This document shows, piece by piece, positions 51,596 to 64,000 of a DNA stretch of 64,000 nt. A program made the position numbers and the translations under genes. Origin of the DNA: Antedon mediterranea (lineage: Eukaryota > Animalia > Echinodermata); the NCBI RefSeq assembly GCF_964355755.1, contig NC_092671.1, forward strand, positions 2,046,001 through 2,110,000, in the 5' to 3' direction. The notes beneath the pieces are model-generated. The model was not told the DNA's origin. It worked only from the letters and a program-made list of their open reading frames with translations, and did no database searches. Numbering within the stretch: the stretch's first letter is position 1; every line of letters starts with the position of its first letter.

Positions 51596-54500
51596 TTATT
51601 TCTTTTTTTTATCCGATAGACCTGCGCCTGCGTTGAACTTAAATAGAATCATGTCGCCATCTTCTACGACATAATTACGGCCTTGTTGTCTGTACTTGCC
51701 AGCACTCTGTTAGAAACAGAATATCAAAAAGTAAATAGAAATAAACAAAATATTTGCAAAAAACCTATATCTTTCTTTCATATACAAAATTGTTATATTA
51801 TTTATTAGTTTATTGTTAGTTTATAAGATTGAGCCATAATCATTTACGCACACTCAGAAATTTATGAGCATGCGCACAGCATAGATTAATGCATTGAAAA
51901 GTTGTTAATATATAAACATGACAACTGTAACACCATCAAGAAAAACACATTTTACCTTAACTGCTCCTTCAGAGCCTAGCTCTTTAAAATCAACAAATTT
52001 CATTACTTCTGCCATAATGAAGCCTTTCTCAAAGTCTGTATGAATTTTACCAGCAGCTTGAGGGGCCTTTGTTCCTTTCTGTAAAAAAAAACCCCGAGAG
52101 ATTATCAAAACACATGATCTTTATTATCAAGATAAGAAGCCATTACTCAATTTTTATAGTAGCCCAGGCTTTAGGCTCAAAGTAAATTTAGTTTTCACTT
52201 CAAAATTCTAAAGCTATCTTTGTGTCTCTGTCTAATATTATAGAGTATATATACTTTATTCGATACTATGAAGAAGAGTTGACCTTACCTGTATAGGCCA
52301 AGCTTTCACTTCATCCGCACCACTGGTGAAGAAGTATTCCAACTGCAAAGCTTTAAAGCCATTTACAATGATCTTGTTTAGGTTACTGTAAAGTAAAACA
52401 AAACAAATATTTGAAATTATATTATATTTAATACAATATCCTAATTTATAACACTAAATATATTCTTGTCATTTGATTAGACAATTGTGGGTCACGTGGC
52501 GGTTTGATAAAACAAAATCGCAAGGCCAACACTGTAAACATCCTTCCTGCCTGTTGCTTGACTTTGGCGAAACAATAACAATACAGAAATGGCACTTGAT
52601 TAGTTACATTTTTGTATAGCGATATATATACTTATTTAGCCCATACCTTGTTGTTTTGTGCTCTTCTAAATATTTCTTTTGTTCATCTTCATCCATATTA
52701 AAGTAGGTCAGTTCAAATCCAGCGCTGAATGGGATAATCAAAGCTCCTGGGTCATTCTTATCAACCCACTCTTTTATCTTTCCTAACCTGAAGAAGAAAA
52801 AACAATGTCACTTTTGGATGAGGTGGGTAGAGCCTGGGTTACACTAATCAAAGTTGTTCATGTGAATCAAAAGTGTCAACATGCATATTCATATTTTAAT
52901 CTTTCAAATCCCCTTCTGTGACAAATTCTAGTTTCTTGCTTCAGTGAAATCAATAGTAGTTTCTACTTTTTAATGAGCAATTGTACAACCAATCAGGGCT
53001 CAGGAAAACGAGTTATAACATATTCATGAGCACTCATGTGAATCAAAAAGATGGAAATGAAAATTGTAGCTAATCAATCAATTTTTTCTCTGCGAAAAAC
53101 ATTGAAGTCATGAAAACAAATTTGCCGAAGGGTCATTCAACCTATACTTATTTTATAGCCTTTTATTAACCTTCTAAATAAACAAATAAATGTTTTAAAC
53201 AAACCATTTGTTTTTCTTTCTCAGGTAATTCCTTTCTGATAAATTAACGAGATAAATGACAGGTTTGGATGTAATAAACATGTGTTTATTGAGAACTTCA
53301 ATCTGCAAAAAAAATAGTATGAATAAAATAAATAATAAGATACTGAATAATGTGTACAACTGAATTTAGTCCTTCAAAATAATATTTCATGAACCCAAAG
53401 TATATTTATTTATTTAAGTTAGTAATTTGGCACTCACTATGGAGATTCAAATGTAGAATGGAGTTGTGGCTTGGTGGTTAAGATTCTTGCCTACTAATCC
53501 AAGGGTCCTGGATTCAAATCCTATCAGATGCCAGAATATTTCATGATAAATTCCACTCCCAATACCTACTAAAACTTTGTATTAAGACTATGTGTCTTGT
53601 TTTATAAGAAGGATAGTCACTGAATTTGGGTATACTTGGAAATGCAAATAATAAAAAAAATAAAATTAAAAAAAAAATATTATTACCTCAAAACTACTCC
53701 ACTCTTTGGTTCTTATCCACATTTTTTCCTCATTCAAACATTTACCTATTTTCGCAAGGGCATCCTGAAAAAAAAAGGCATGCCATTAAAATATATCAAG
53801 AACAATGTTTCATATATATTCAATTTTCATTTGCCTTCTTTATAGCCTCCAATATATTGCTATCGAGTCTAAATTTACATGAAAATTTATTTGTAACAGT
53901 AGACAAGTCTATGAAACAGCAGGCTGTTTAAGAAAAATGAATAACTTACAAATTCAGGTTGACTCTTTTTGTCTCCACCCCGTTTAACTTTCTTCTCTAA
54001 ATCGGTGATACGACTTTCAAGAAATTCAATGTCTTTCAGACGAAGTTCTTCCTTGATGATTTCAAGATCACGTACAGGGTCAACCTCGCCCTCAACGTGA
54101 GTTATATCATCATCTTCAAAAGTTCCTTAATTAAAAAAATAAATAATTTTTATTATTTCAAATAAATTTGTTAATATTCAAACAAAAAAATGTGATGTGC
54201 CAATATATGGACATGATGATGTCATATCACTACCATAATTTTTTTTCAAACTAGTTTGGTAGTGTGGACAGAGCTTTAGTTTTGCACAATAAACACCACT
54301 TACGTACGACATGGTAAATCCCATCTACTGCTTTAATATGAGATAAAAAAGCATTTCCGAGCCCCTTGCCTTCATGCGCGCCCTTTACTAGCCCGGCAAT
54401 ATCCGTTACATGAAGAAATGCTGGAACTTTGCTGAAAACAAATTTACAAAAGTATGATAGAATTCACATAGATATGAATAGGTGAGGCACTGGATGGGGA

Positions 54501-55857
54501 TAATATCTGGGCTGAAGAAAATTATACCGTATATGACTAAGTAAAGTCCCATTTAGCTAAAATTATTGGGTGGGATTACATTCGGATTACATTAACAATG
54601 GATATTGTGTCAAATTTAGGGGTGGGACTATACTTGAGCATGGTATGGCATACTCAGTCATAACGATTTGATACGTGAACCAAACTTAATTTCAGTTTTA
54701 ACATCCTTCAACATATCCTATTTATCAGGTACAGTATATAACTAAGAGTGGTCTGTATTTTTAAAGGGTTTTTATTGCGATTTTTACCTTGCAGGTTTAA
54801 AGAAATCAACAAGAAAATCATATCTTTCATCTGGGACTGGTACCCTACGTGCAGAAAAAGACAAAAGACAATTAAACATTTATTAGGTAACATTTCATTT
54901 AGCTTGAATATAAATGCAAGTTTACGATTTTATTTAAATATATTGGATCATGAAAAAGAGAGTTTTCATTTAACAACAGTTCATTTAGTTACCATAGCTC
55001 TGTCTACACGATCACTATAACTTTATGTGACAAAAATGCCCATATATGGACATGATGATGTTATATCACTACCATATTTAAACATATCACTACCATATTT
55101 GGGCACATCATAAAACTAGTTTAGACAGAGACAAAACTTTAGTAACTGAATATGGTACTATATTTCGTAGAAATGCTACATATTCAAAATAAGATAAAGA
55201 AATACTTATTTTCATTAGGATCTGTAACCACAAACCAAGTCACCATCAAGACAAATGACAAAATAGAAAAAAAGGAGGAAATTATCAAATAGTACACAAA
55301 TAAATCATGTTTAATCAATAATTCATTGAGCTAAGCAATTGAATTATATGTAATAAATAGTGATTCTCTACCATACCTTAAATCTGCCAGAATGGCGAGA
55401 GGTCATGGGGTCAATCATGTGTGTGTATGTTTCTATATTTGTTCTTCAGCTTTATTACTCAAAAAGTTATTTTCATAAGAGTTTAAAGGATGGTTTTATA
55501 GATATATGGGAACACGTCATGAACAAACAACGTCATCAACTGTTCTTTTAAAATAAAAAAAATACAGCAGACAAACTACCTATTGTGCAAAATGGAAAGT
55601 TTTCTGCAGATGCTTGACTTTTGGTAAGTACATTAAAAAATGTTGATTTCCTGAAACAAAGAAAAGTTATCACATTTTATCTTGAAATCTAATACAAGTA
55701 CATTTTCTCCACAATCAGAACTTTTGAAATAGTTTTGCAGCATTGTGTACACTTACCCTACATTTGGTAGACCAACTATTCCACATGACAGTGATGTCCC
55801 CACCCGACCAATAAGTGCGGGGGCTTTTGGGGCTTCTCCCTTCTTTTTTGGTGGCAT
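51596..55857 (-). CDS. OLA1: Obg-like ATPase 1 (YchF family), 12 coding exons, 398 aa
   Basis: Exons 55757-55857, 55580-55650, 55206-55221, 54788-54844, 54304-54431, 53950-54125, 53687-53764, 53205-53302, 52647-52787, 52289-52385, 51956-52078, 51596-51706. Motifs [49 protein letters not shown] (G4), [37 protein letters not shown]. Confidence 0.97.
53455..53570 (+). mobile_element. tRNA-derived SINE head in an OLA1 intron
   Basis: TGGCTTGGTGGTTAAG (A box) and GGATTCAAATCC (B box) with no complete cloverleaf. Confidence 0.6.
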
Positions 55858-56040
55858 TTCTTTGGCAATCTAATAACTACAAGAGCACAAAACAATTGCT
55901 GATTGAAAAATGATTGAATTATTAGGCCAACCAATTGACAGGAATGTTATTAATTTGTGTGTTTTAAGCCGTCTCTATTTTATTTATTATTAAAAATTCC
56001 AATAAAATTATATTACATTCGATCCGGGATCGCGATCGAG

Positions 56041-56345
56041 CAATTTTATTGTATTAAATATATGTAGTGATTCATTTATCAAAGAGTGAGTGTCGGTTAA
56101 AACTGGTAGCATATTCAATTTTATTGTATTAAATATATGTAGTGATTCATTTATCAAAGAGTGAGTGTTGGTTAAAACTGGTAGCATATTCAATTTTATT
56201 GTATTAAATATATGTAGTGATTCATTTATCAAAGAGTGAGTGTCGGTTAAAACTGGTAGCATATTCAATTTTATTGTATTAAATATATGTAGTGATTCAT
56301 TTATCAAAGAGTGAGTGTCGGTTAAAACTGGTAGCATATTCAATT
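56041..56345. repeat. 75-bp tandem repeat, 4 copies, upstream of the OLA1 start exon
   Basis: Units start at 56041, 56116, 56191 and 56266. Confidence 0.95.
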
Positions 56346-58430
56346 TCGATGACATTTTAAAATATAGAAATACTAAATAGGCATGGAATAAAATTAAGAA
56401 AAAAAAATGTGTTAAAGTTGAGTTGATGCTTACATTTTTATAAAGTTTTAACTTAATTAAGTAGGAAGAATAGTATTTTTTGTGACAGTGTAGCAATGTA
56501 TACAAACAATCAAGATCATTTTATGAAGATTAGCCTTTAGACCAGGCCCGGTGTTACCAGTTGCCTTATTTAGACTAAATATGCAAATATGGTATGGACT
56601 CCACTTGCCATTCAGCTGCTCTCCATCGAGCCAGTTGCCAGCTCCTGTAGTGCGAGTGTGGCTGCAGTTCTCTCTCTACACTACAAACTAGGCTAAAACT
56701 ATTGCCAAGCAAGGCGTTTGACGCGGGTGTAAAACTAAAGAGATATTTATCGTACGAGCTACTTTTTGCCAATCTGGTTTACTGTATTTAATCATTATAA
56801 AATTGTGTATCACATGGTCAAATAATATAAAATACAAATTAAGTACATATAACTAAAAGTATGACTTGTTTCTAGGCCTACCATACTTACTCTATGCACA
56901 ACACCACCGTCCGTATGATGACCGTCGGTGGTGCAATCGTCCACATGGAAAGTTGTCTATGCAGCGCCATCAATGCATTAGATACAATACATTTTCGACG
57001 CATGTTCGACAGGACCAATTTGTTCCACGTTCGACTCCTCTTCTATAGCACCATATATAAATATACAAATTACATAACGTAAAAAAAAAGATTCATAATA
57101 TAATTCAAATAAGTCATTGTTGACTTATAAAGAAAGACAATTTGTTTAATTTTTTATGATTTTTTTTTCCAAACAAAAAAAATGTTTCTTCTTCTAATTC
57201 TAGCTTCGTGATGTTGCAAGCTTGTACAAAAATATTAATATATTGGAAGATAAAAAGTAAGCTAGAATGTTAGTCCAGAATTGTACATCGCCAAATAAAT
57301 AACAATAATAATACAGAAAAACATTTTAACTAGGGGCCTACAGTATTATAATTGTTTTACTGTAGATAGTTCAGAAAACATGAATTGATATTTTAAAATA
57401 AAAAAGTAAAATATTGCTTTTTTTATATTATCGTTCTATGCACACCTGTGAGGCGTTCACACAATAGTAGAGCAGTTAATGACATGAGCTGTGCATTTTA
57501 TTACCAAAGCATGAAACTTGGCACAAAGTTTCTATAATGTATATAGATTCAAAATATCGGGGGGTGCCAAGTGTCCAACGTCCGGTATGGCGGCCATCTT
57601 GATTTCAAAATGGCCACCATAAAAACAAAAAATGTTCATATCTTGGCAACTATACACATTAGAGACTTAATTCTGGTCTCAAATTGTTCACAAACTATAT
57701 ATTTCTATTTGCTCTAATGAAAATTTTCGTCAAAAAATGACCGGAAATGACGTTTCTTTCAGTTTGACCTTTGACCTCGTATTTGTATATCTCTGTAACT
57801 ACTGGTCATTTTCAATCGATTTTGGTGTCATTTTGTTCAGAATAAATACATTTATATTTGTAGTAATGAAACATTTTCACATAAAATGACCGGAAATACA
57901 ATTTATGACCTTTGACATTTAATTATTGATTTTTAATTATGTGAATATACTGTATGTGGTTTTTGGTGGTCTTAAATGCACCTAATTTTGAACTAAACTT
58001 TGACCTGATAGGCGTAATTATATTAAATGATTAATGGACTTAAATTGTATATAGTACATAAAATTGGTAAACATTGTGCTTTTGGTGGTACCATTAGTTC
58101 AATGATGTTGGCACCTTCTGATTCGCTAAAAGTTTTAATAGTTTGACAGAGGAAATAACATACATGTTATGGAATACCGTAAAACCTCGAAAAGGTGATA
58201 GTATGAGCTTCTTTTCGAGATAGACTGTATTTGAATGTCAAATTAATAGTATGATGATCGTGTTTATATCAATATATTATTAATGACCTTACAAAGAACC
58301 CTTTATATTTCAACAATCAAGCCTCAGTTATTCTACAATTTATTGTTTTCCAAGTGGCTGGTAGGCCTATTTTGATTGCATCTTCTTTTTGTAGGCCTAT
58401 GCTTCCTCGGTAATATGGTCCTACCCCTCC

Positions 58431-59878
58431 TTCTTTGTCTGTAGATGGTCTTATACCCCATTCTTTGTCTGTGGATGGTCTTATACCCCCTTCCTTGTCT
58501 GTGGATAGTCTTATACCCGCTTCTTTGTCTGTGGATGGTCTTATACCCGCTTCTTTGTCTGTGGATGGTCTTATACCCCCTTCTTTGTCTGTGGATGGTC
58601 TTATACCCGCTTCTTTGTCTGTGGATGGTCTTTACACCCCTTTCTTTGTATGTAGATGGTCTTACACCCCTTCTTTGTCTGTGGATGGTCCTACACTCCC
58701 TTCTTTGTCTGTGGATAGTCCTACACCCCCTTCTTTGTCTGTGGATAGTCCTACACCCCCTTCTTTGTCTGTGGATGGTCTTATACCCCCTTCTTTGTCT
58801 GTGGATGGTCTTGAACCCCTTTCTTTGTCTGTGGACGGTCTTATACCCCCTTTTTTGTCTGTTGATGGTATTAAACCCCTTTCTTTGTCTGTTGATGGTA
58901 TTACACCCCTTTCTATGTGTGTGGATGGTTTTACACACCTTCTTTGTCTGTGGATGGTCTTACACCTCCTTCTTTCTCTGTGGATGGTCTTATACCCCCT
59001 TCTTTGTCTGTGGATGGTCTTATACCCCCTTCTTTGTCTGTAGATGGTCTTATAATCCCTTCTTTGTGTGTGGATGGTCTTACACCCCCTTCTTTGTCTG
59101 TGGGTGGTCTTACATCCCCTTCTTTGTCTGTGGATTGTCCGACACCCCCTTCTTTGTCTGTGGATGGTCCTACATCACCTTCTTTGTCTGTGGATGGTCT
59201 TATACCCCTTCTTTGTCTGTAAGTGGTCCTATACCCTTTCTTTGTCAGTGGGTGGTCTTACACCCCCTTCTTTGTCTGTGGACGGTCCTACACCCCCTTC
59301 TTTATCTGTGGACGGTCTTACACCCCTTTCTTTGTCTGTGGACGGTCTTACACCCCTTCTGTGCCTGTGGACGGTCTTATATCCCCTTCCTTGTCTGTTG
59401 ATGGTATTACACCCCTTTCTTTGTCTGTTGATGGTCTTACACCCCTTTTTTGTGTGTGGATGGTCTTACACCCCTTTCTTTGTGTGTGGATGGTCTTACA
59501 CCCCTTCTTTGTCTGTGGATGGTCTTACACCCCCTTCTTTCTCTGTGGATGGCCTTACACCCCTTTCTTTCTCTGTGGATGGCCTTACACCCCTTTCTTT
59601 GTCTGTGGACGGTCCTACACCCCTTTCTTCTTTGTCTGTGGATGGTCTTACACCTCCTTCTTTGTCTGTGGATGGTCCTTACACCCCCTTCTTTGTCTGT
59701 AGATGGCCTTATACCCCTTTCTTTGTCTGTGGATAGTCTTACACCCCCTTCTTTGTCTGTGGATGGTCTTACGCCCTTCTTTGTCTGTGGATAGTCTTAT
59801 ACCCCCTTCTTTGTCTGTGGATGGTCTTATACCCCCTTTTTTGTCTGTGGATGGTCTTACATCCCCTTCTTTGTCTGG
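58431..59878. repeat. About 30-bp minisatellite (TTCTTTGTCTGTGGATGGTCTTATACCCCC), about 48 copies, inside the Academ element
   Basis: Directly visible; source of the many overlapping repetitive ORFs. Confidence 0.97.
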
Positions 59879-60090
59879 ACCCACTACTTTGATTGATTAA
59901 ATCAGACATTGTTTCTTGTATGATTAGGAGACCAAGACCTTGAAAGTGAAAGTCCACAAGTGGATGCCTAAATAGGTCTTGTACAGAACAGTATATTGTA
60001 GGTCCATGTCACTAATTTGAGAATTACTTGAATAATTATATTGAGATGTCTTTTACGAATTGATTTGGTTCGGATTTTGCTAAAAAACCA

Positions 60091-60400
60091 ATGAGTAGAG
60101 AAAATCGAGGAAAAGGATTCAGATGGTTTACAGCAAAGGCCCATTACCATAAAAATGGAGTACATTTTTTTAGATGCAACGAAAATGAACAAGAATTATC
60201 TGAGTTTCTGACTAATGAAAGTAGGTCTACTGCACAAATGCAGGATAAGTTTGTAGTAAGTACTTTGAAAGACGGTATTCTCTTAACTCATGAAAATGAA
60301 AACTTTCCGAACTTGTCTCATATGCAACATCAAAGAGGCCAACGAAAGAATGCTACTTTACATCAAAAATATTTCCAAATGGCATCTAACAATTCAATTC
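60091..60400 (+). pseudogene. Frameshifted remnant of the Academ transposase XPG/PIN-like region
   Basis: FFRCNENEQELSEFL in one frame and CNIKEANERMLLYI in another resemble the FL...ENK.EL..FL and C.HEEAD.RM.LH motifs recalled for Academ ORFs. Confidence 0.6.
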
Positions 60401-61310
60401 AACTTTTATTTCAGACAATTGTCCATATGGTATAATACAGTGCAAAAAAAAAAGATGATGGAGAGAGGACCAAAACTTTTATCTAACGATTGACACATCA
60501 CAGTTTAGCAAACAAGTCGGCATAGATGAGCTCAGTGATTGCTGTTTCTCAGTGATCTGTCATACTTTACGCCTATCCTATCACATCAAAAGTCAAAAAT
60601 TCAGAATAATAATTCCTGGTCATTTTTGCAGTGTCAGTTATTTCGTTAAAAAAAATTAGGTGCATTTATACCAATGTAAACCACATACAGTATGTTCACA
60701 TATTATATATGTCAAAGGTTATAAATTGTATTTCCAGTCATTTTATGTGAAAATGTTTCATTACTACAAATATAAATGTCTCTATGCTGAACAAAATGAC
60801 ACCAAAATCGATTGAAAATGATCAGTAGTTACTGAGATATACAGATAAGAGGTCAAAGGTCAAACTAGGAGAAACGTCATTTCCGGTCATTTTTTCACGA
60901 AACTTTTCATTAGAGCAAATAGAAATATGTGGTTTGTGAACAATTTAACACCAGAATCAAGTCTCTACTGTTTATAGTTCCCAAGATATGAACACTTTTT
61001 GTTTTTATGGTGGCCATTTTGAAATCAAGATGGCCGCCATACCGGACGTTGGACACTTGGCACCCCCCGATATTTTTAATCTATATACATCAAAGAAACT
61101 TTGTGGCAAGTTTCATGCTTTGGTAATAAAGTGCACAACTTGGCTATTTTTATGGCACTAACTGCTCTACTACAATGACTGTGCGTTGTAATGCCACTTA
61201 TTTGTTATATTCAATGTAAAAGGCACTAACAGCGTGCCACATAGGTATGACCTTGTGTGTTATGTGACCTTTTGTAAGCCGATGTGAACCGCGAATGTTT
61301 GAATAAAGGA

Positions 61311-63901
61311 ATGGCGACATTGTTAAGTTTTCACTATTTTCAAAATACCCCAATGATGCAAGATGACGAAAAAGTTAAAACAGGTATATAAATGTTGTTT
61401 ACGGTACTATCTTGTATTATTCTAGGTCAAATAAACCTGTAAACGTACACATTTTTAGCGTTACTTGTAGTAGGCTCTAGCCCGTCGTCCGCCGAGAGTG
61501 CAGTTGCCAGCAGCAAGGGTTAGTATGTTATGCGCGATTTGAACGATTTGCGCAATTTTAAATTGCGCAAACAAAATCCTTGCGCAATTTGAATTGAAAC
61601 ATGTGTTTCAAATTGCGCAAGCAACGTATTAAATTGCGCAAGTAATCTGCAAATTGTGCAAGGTTTTTCGACAGATTGTGAAATCATGTACACCCATATT
61701 TTTATAGTAATTTCTAAGAATGATTCAAAAATAAAGATAAATATCGCATTTCCTTATTTTAGTAGTGCAAATATTGTTATAAGTTAGCATATCGTCGAAG
61801 AACCGACGAAGGAAAACGAAGCGGTGGTATTCCACCAGGCGGGCGCGGCGCGGGCGGCCGGCTATACTACTCTAGCCTAGCTAGGGTCTGGACTACTGAT
61901 ACTGACTTAGGTTACATGGCCTAGCTTAAACTAATATTAAAAACTTAAAAAGTGAGTATTAAACATTATCTTCATTGAAATGGTCTTATTTATATAATAA
62001 AATACTAAATTTTAAACTCCTCTGCCTAGGCCTAGCCTAGCCATGTATGGGAAAATTTACAGTTCGTTTTCAAATTGCGCAAAGGTGTCATATTGCGCAA
62101 GAACTATCTTGCGCAATTTACAAATTGTGCAGCGCAATTTAAAATTGCGCAAAGATTTTCTTGCGCAATTTGAAATTGCGCAAGTTGATTGCGCAATTTG
62201 AAATTGCGCAAAAAAATCCTTGCGCAATTTTAAATTGCGCAAGAATTATTTGCGCAATTTCAAATTGCGCAAGGATTTTTTTGCGCAATTTCAAATTGCG
62301 CAAATCGTTCAAATCGCGCATAACAAGTACACTACTACTCAACTGTCACTCTGTCAGTCATTTTGTTCCTCGCGATACTTCGTACCAATGGGACTGCCTA
62401 GCTAGCTATAGCCCTTTAGTTGGTACCACTCCACCTACTATCTAGGCCACTACAGTACTGCTACTAGGTACAAAATTGGCAAATAATAGTATAGAAATGC
62501 CAATCAATAATATACTAGGCTAGGCCTAATAAACACTCAATATTATTCATATTAATGATTGATAACATACATAACAACAATATGAATGATAAAAAATGTA
62601 TTTATTTTATTCCAATTTTTATGATGAAACAACATCAATTTTTCACTTACAAAAATGTAAATTTGTTACTGATACTGTAGGCACATTCAGTATTCTATAG
62701 TAATAACACAAATGATTGGTTAATTACTCTAGGACCATTTAGAGCTACCAAGATATGGCACGATATCATAAAAGAAATTCATGACAAAGTTACTCCAAAG
62801 CGCCACCGTCATTTGATGAAAACGTATGAAAATTGTTTCTCTGGAACGGAAGTAACTGATGTTCTTGAGAAGTACTTGAAAGAAAATGGTAGTTTTGAAG
62901 AAATAGTTCCAAGAGACAAGTCCATCAAATTAGCACAGGTATAAAATAGATGAAATTAACAATTAAAATTGTATGATGAAATATATGTGTTTTATATATC
63001 GTTGTTTGCCACTGTAGTGCAGTAAGATAATAACTTGTCTTAAGGGTCTTTCACATTGCAAATCAAATCAAACGTCAATGTTTAATTTTCACTTATATCG
63101 ATTTGCACAGGGAGTGTTGTAAAAACCAAACACAGACATTTGTTTTGCCGGCGCTTGACCAGAACTGTGTCGGAACAGGTGTGACACTGACAGACCATTT
63201 AACCTTGAAAAATGTACTACTATAGTATCCAGTACATCTTCACAAATATATATATATATACGCGATTATGAGATCATGTTCCGAATATGAGCACTGTTTC
63301 TATAATTTACAGTATGATTTATGCACTTGTCAATTGTATGACCCACTATACGACCCCCGGGAGAGGTGCGTCATTTGTCCGATGTGCGTCATACCTTTGA
63401 ATACCATGACGCACCCGTTAAAAATGTGACTTTTAGGTGACCATGACGCACCCATTTTGACGCACCCATTTTGACGCACTGTGACCATGTTGTTTATGAT
63501 ATGGTGGGTGGTAAAGTGACGGACATTGACACACCTTGTTCATTGATGTGACGTACCATCTAGGTTTTTTGACGCACCCCTGCGTCAGTAATTATTTGTA
63601 AATGACTCACCCATGACGCACTTCTCCCGGGGGTTGTATAGTGGGTCATACAATTGACAAGTGCATTATATATATATATATACTGTATATGTTTTTTATT
63701 TAAATATGTTGTATTTTATGTAAATTCTGTACACAGCAAAAGCCAGGCATTACTATCATAACATATTCAATTTTAGATTCTTCAAAACTTTTATTTGTAT
63801 TGATAGCTTTTGTTAGATGCTAAGGTATTTCTGGAAACCACAACAGTTGGCCAAGTAGTAAAGAAAGCTACATTCTCTGATAGTAACTCTCAATTTTATC
63901 G
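61311..63901 (+). CDS. DEPDC7-like: DEP-domain protein of the DEPDC7/DEPDC4/DEPDC1 family, first three coding exons; continues past the window
   Basis: Exons 61311-61383, 62733-62938, 63807-63901 give GPFRATKIWHDII..KRHRHLMKTYENCFSGTEVTDVL..VPRDKSIKLAQ|LLLDAKVF..KATFSDSNSQFYR. This matches the DEP-domain pattern of DEPDC1 (GPYRATKLW) and DEPDC7 (PFGATYVW..FEDSSCSLYRF) as recalled. Confidence 0.85.
61526..62325. mobile_element. Ginger-like non-autonomous DNA transposon, copy 2 (DEPDC intron 1)
   Basis: Near-identical to 39941-40718; 4-bp TSD AGTA. Confidence 0.85.
63322..63665. mobile_element. PIF/Harbinger-type MITE, family H1, copy 2
   Basis: Same TIRs with a TTA..TTA target duplication; internal TGACGCAC repeats. 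Confidence 0.87.
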
Positions 63902-64000
63902 GTAAGTACAATTTGATCCAGGATTTTGAAATGGGTGGGGGGGGGGGGGGACTGGTGTGATGGTGGGGGTGGAAACTTAAAAATGGTTAAATAAAGTGCT

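Larger units (their letters stand above)
57465..61172 (+). mobile_element. Internally deleted Academ DNA transposon (about 3.7 kb) with roughly 520-bp TIRs
   Basis: Ends TAGTAGAGCAGTTA / TAACTGCTCTACTA with a 3-bp TSD CAA. Long TIRs at 57465-~57990 and ~60655-61172. Transposase remnant near 60090-60400. Confidence 0.85.

Noticed and set aside
53455-53530. tRNA gene candidate (also 17015-17146)
   Set aside because: A and B boxes are present but there is no acceptor-stem pairing or full cloverleaf; these are SINE heads.
56008-56505. 165-aa ORF with repeated KLNMLPVLTDTHSLINESLHIFNTI
   Set aside because: Translation of the 75-bp tandem repeat, with no homology or splice support.
58333-59957. 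Protamine-like (GYKTIHRQRR)n and hydrophobic repeat ORFs
   Set aside because: A 30-bp satellite inside a transposon, open in many frames on both strands with frequent indels.

Overview
AT-rich, intron-rich animal genomic DNA; the gene and SINE content suggests an invertebrate deuterostome such as an echinoderm, but the species cannot be fixed from this sequence. It is not prokaryotic. I reconstructed six genes by hand from GT-AG exon chains with consistent phases: the first coding exon of ANKIB1 (-), a 20-exon PepT1/PepT2-type SLC15 oligopeptide transporter (+), a single-coding-exon gene fusing about 12 ankyrin repeats to an apparently intact cGAS-like (Mab-21/cGLR) nucleotidyltransferase (-), an Sp1-4-clade zinc-finger factor (-), OLA1 (-) and the 5' part of a DEPDC7/DEPDC1-family gene (+). 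Introns and intergenic DNA hold non-autonomous transposons (Academ, Ginger-like, Harbinger, Tc1/mariner, Helentron-type), tRNA-derived SINEs and several minisatellites. The top candidate system is the ankyrin-cGLR sensor/cyclase, which has a consensus NF-kB site at its predicted promoter. Other notable items are a minisatellite built from a 5' splice site, a 16-nt OLA1 micro-exon, Sp-OLA1 linkage matching vertebrate SP3-OLA1, and a MITE carrying about 20 C/EBP palindromes. All coordinates were counted by hand.
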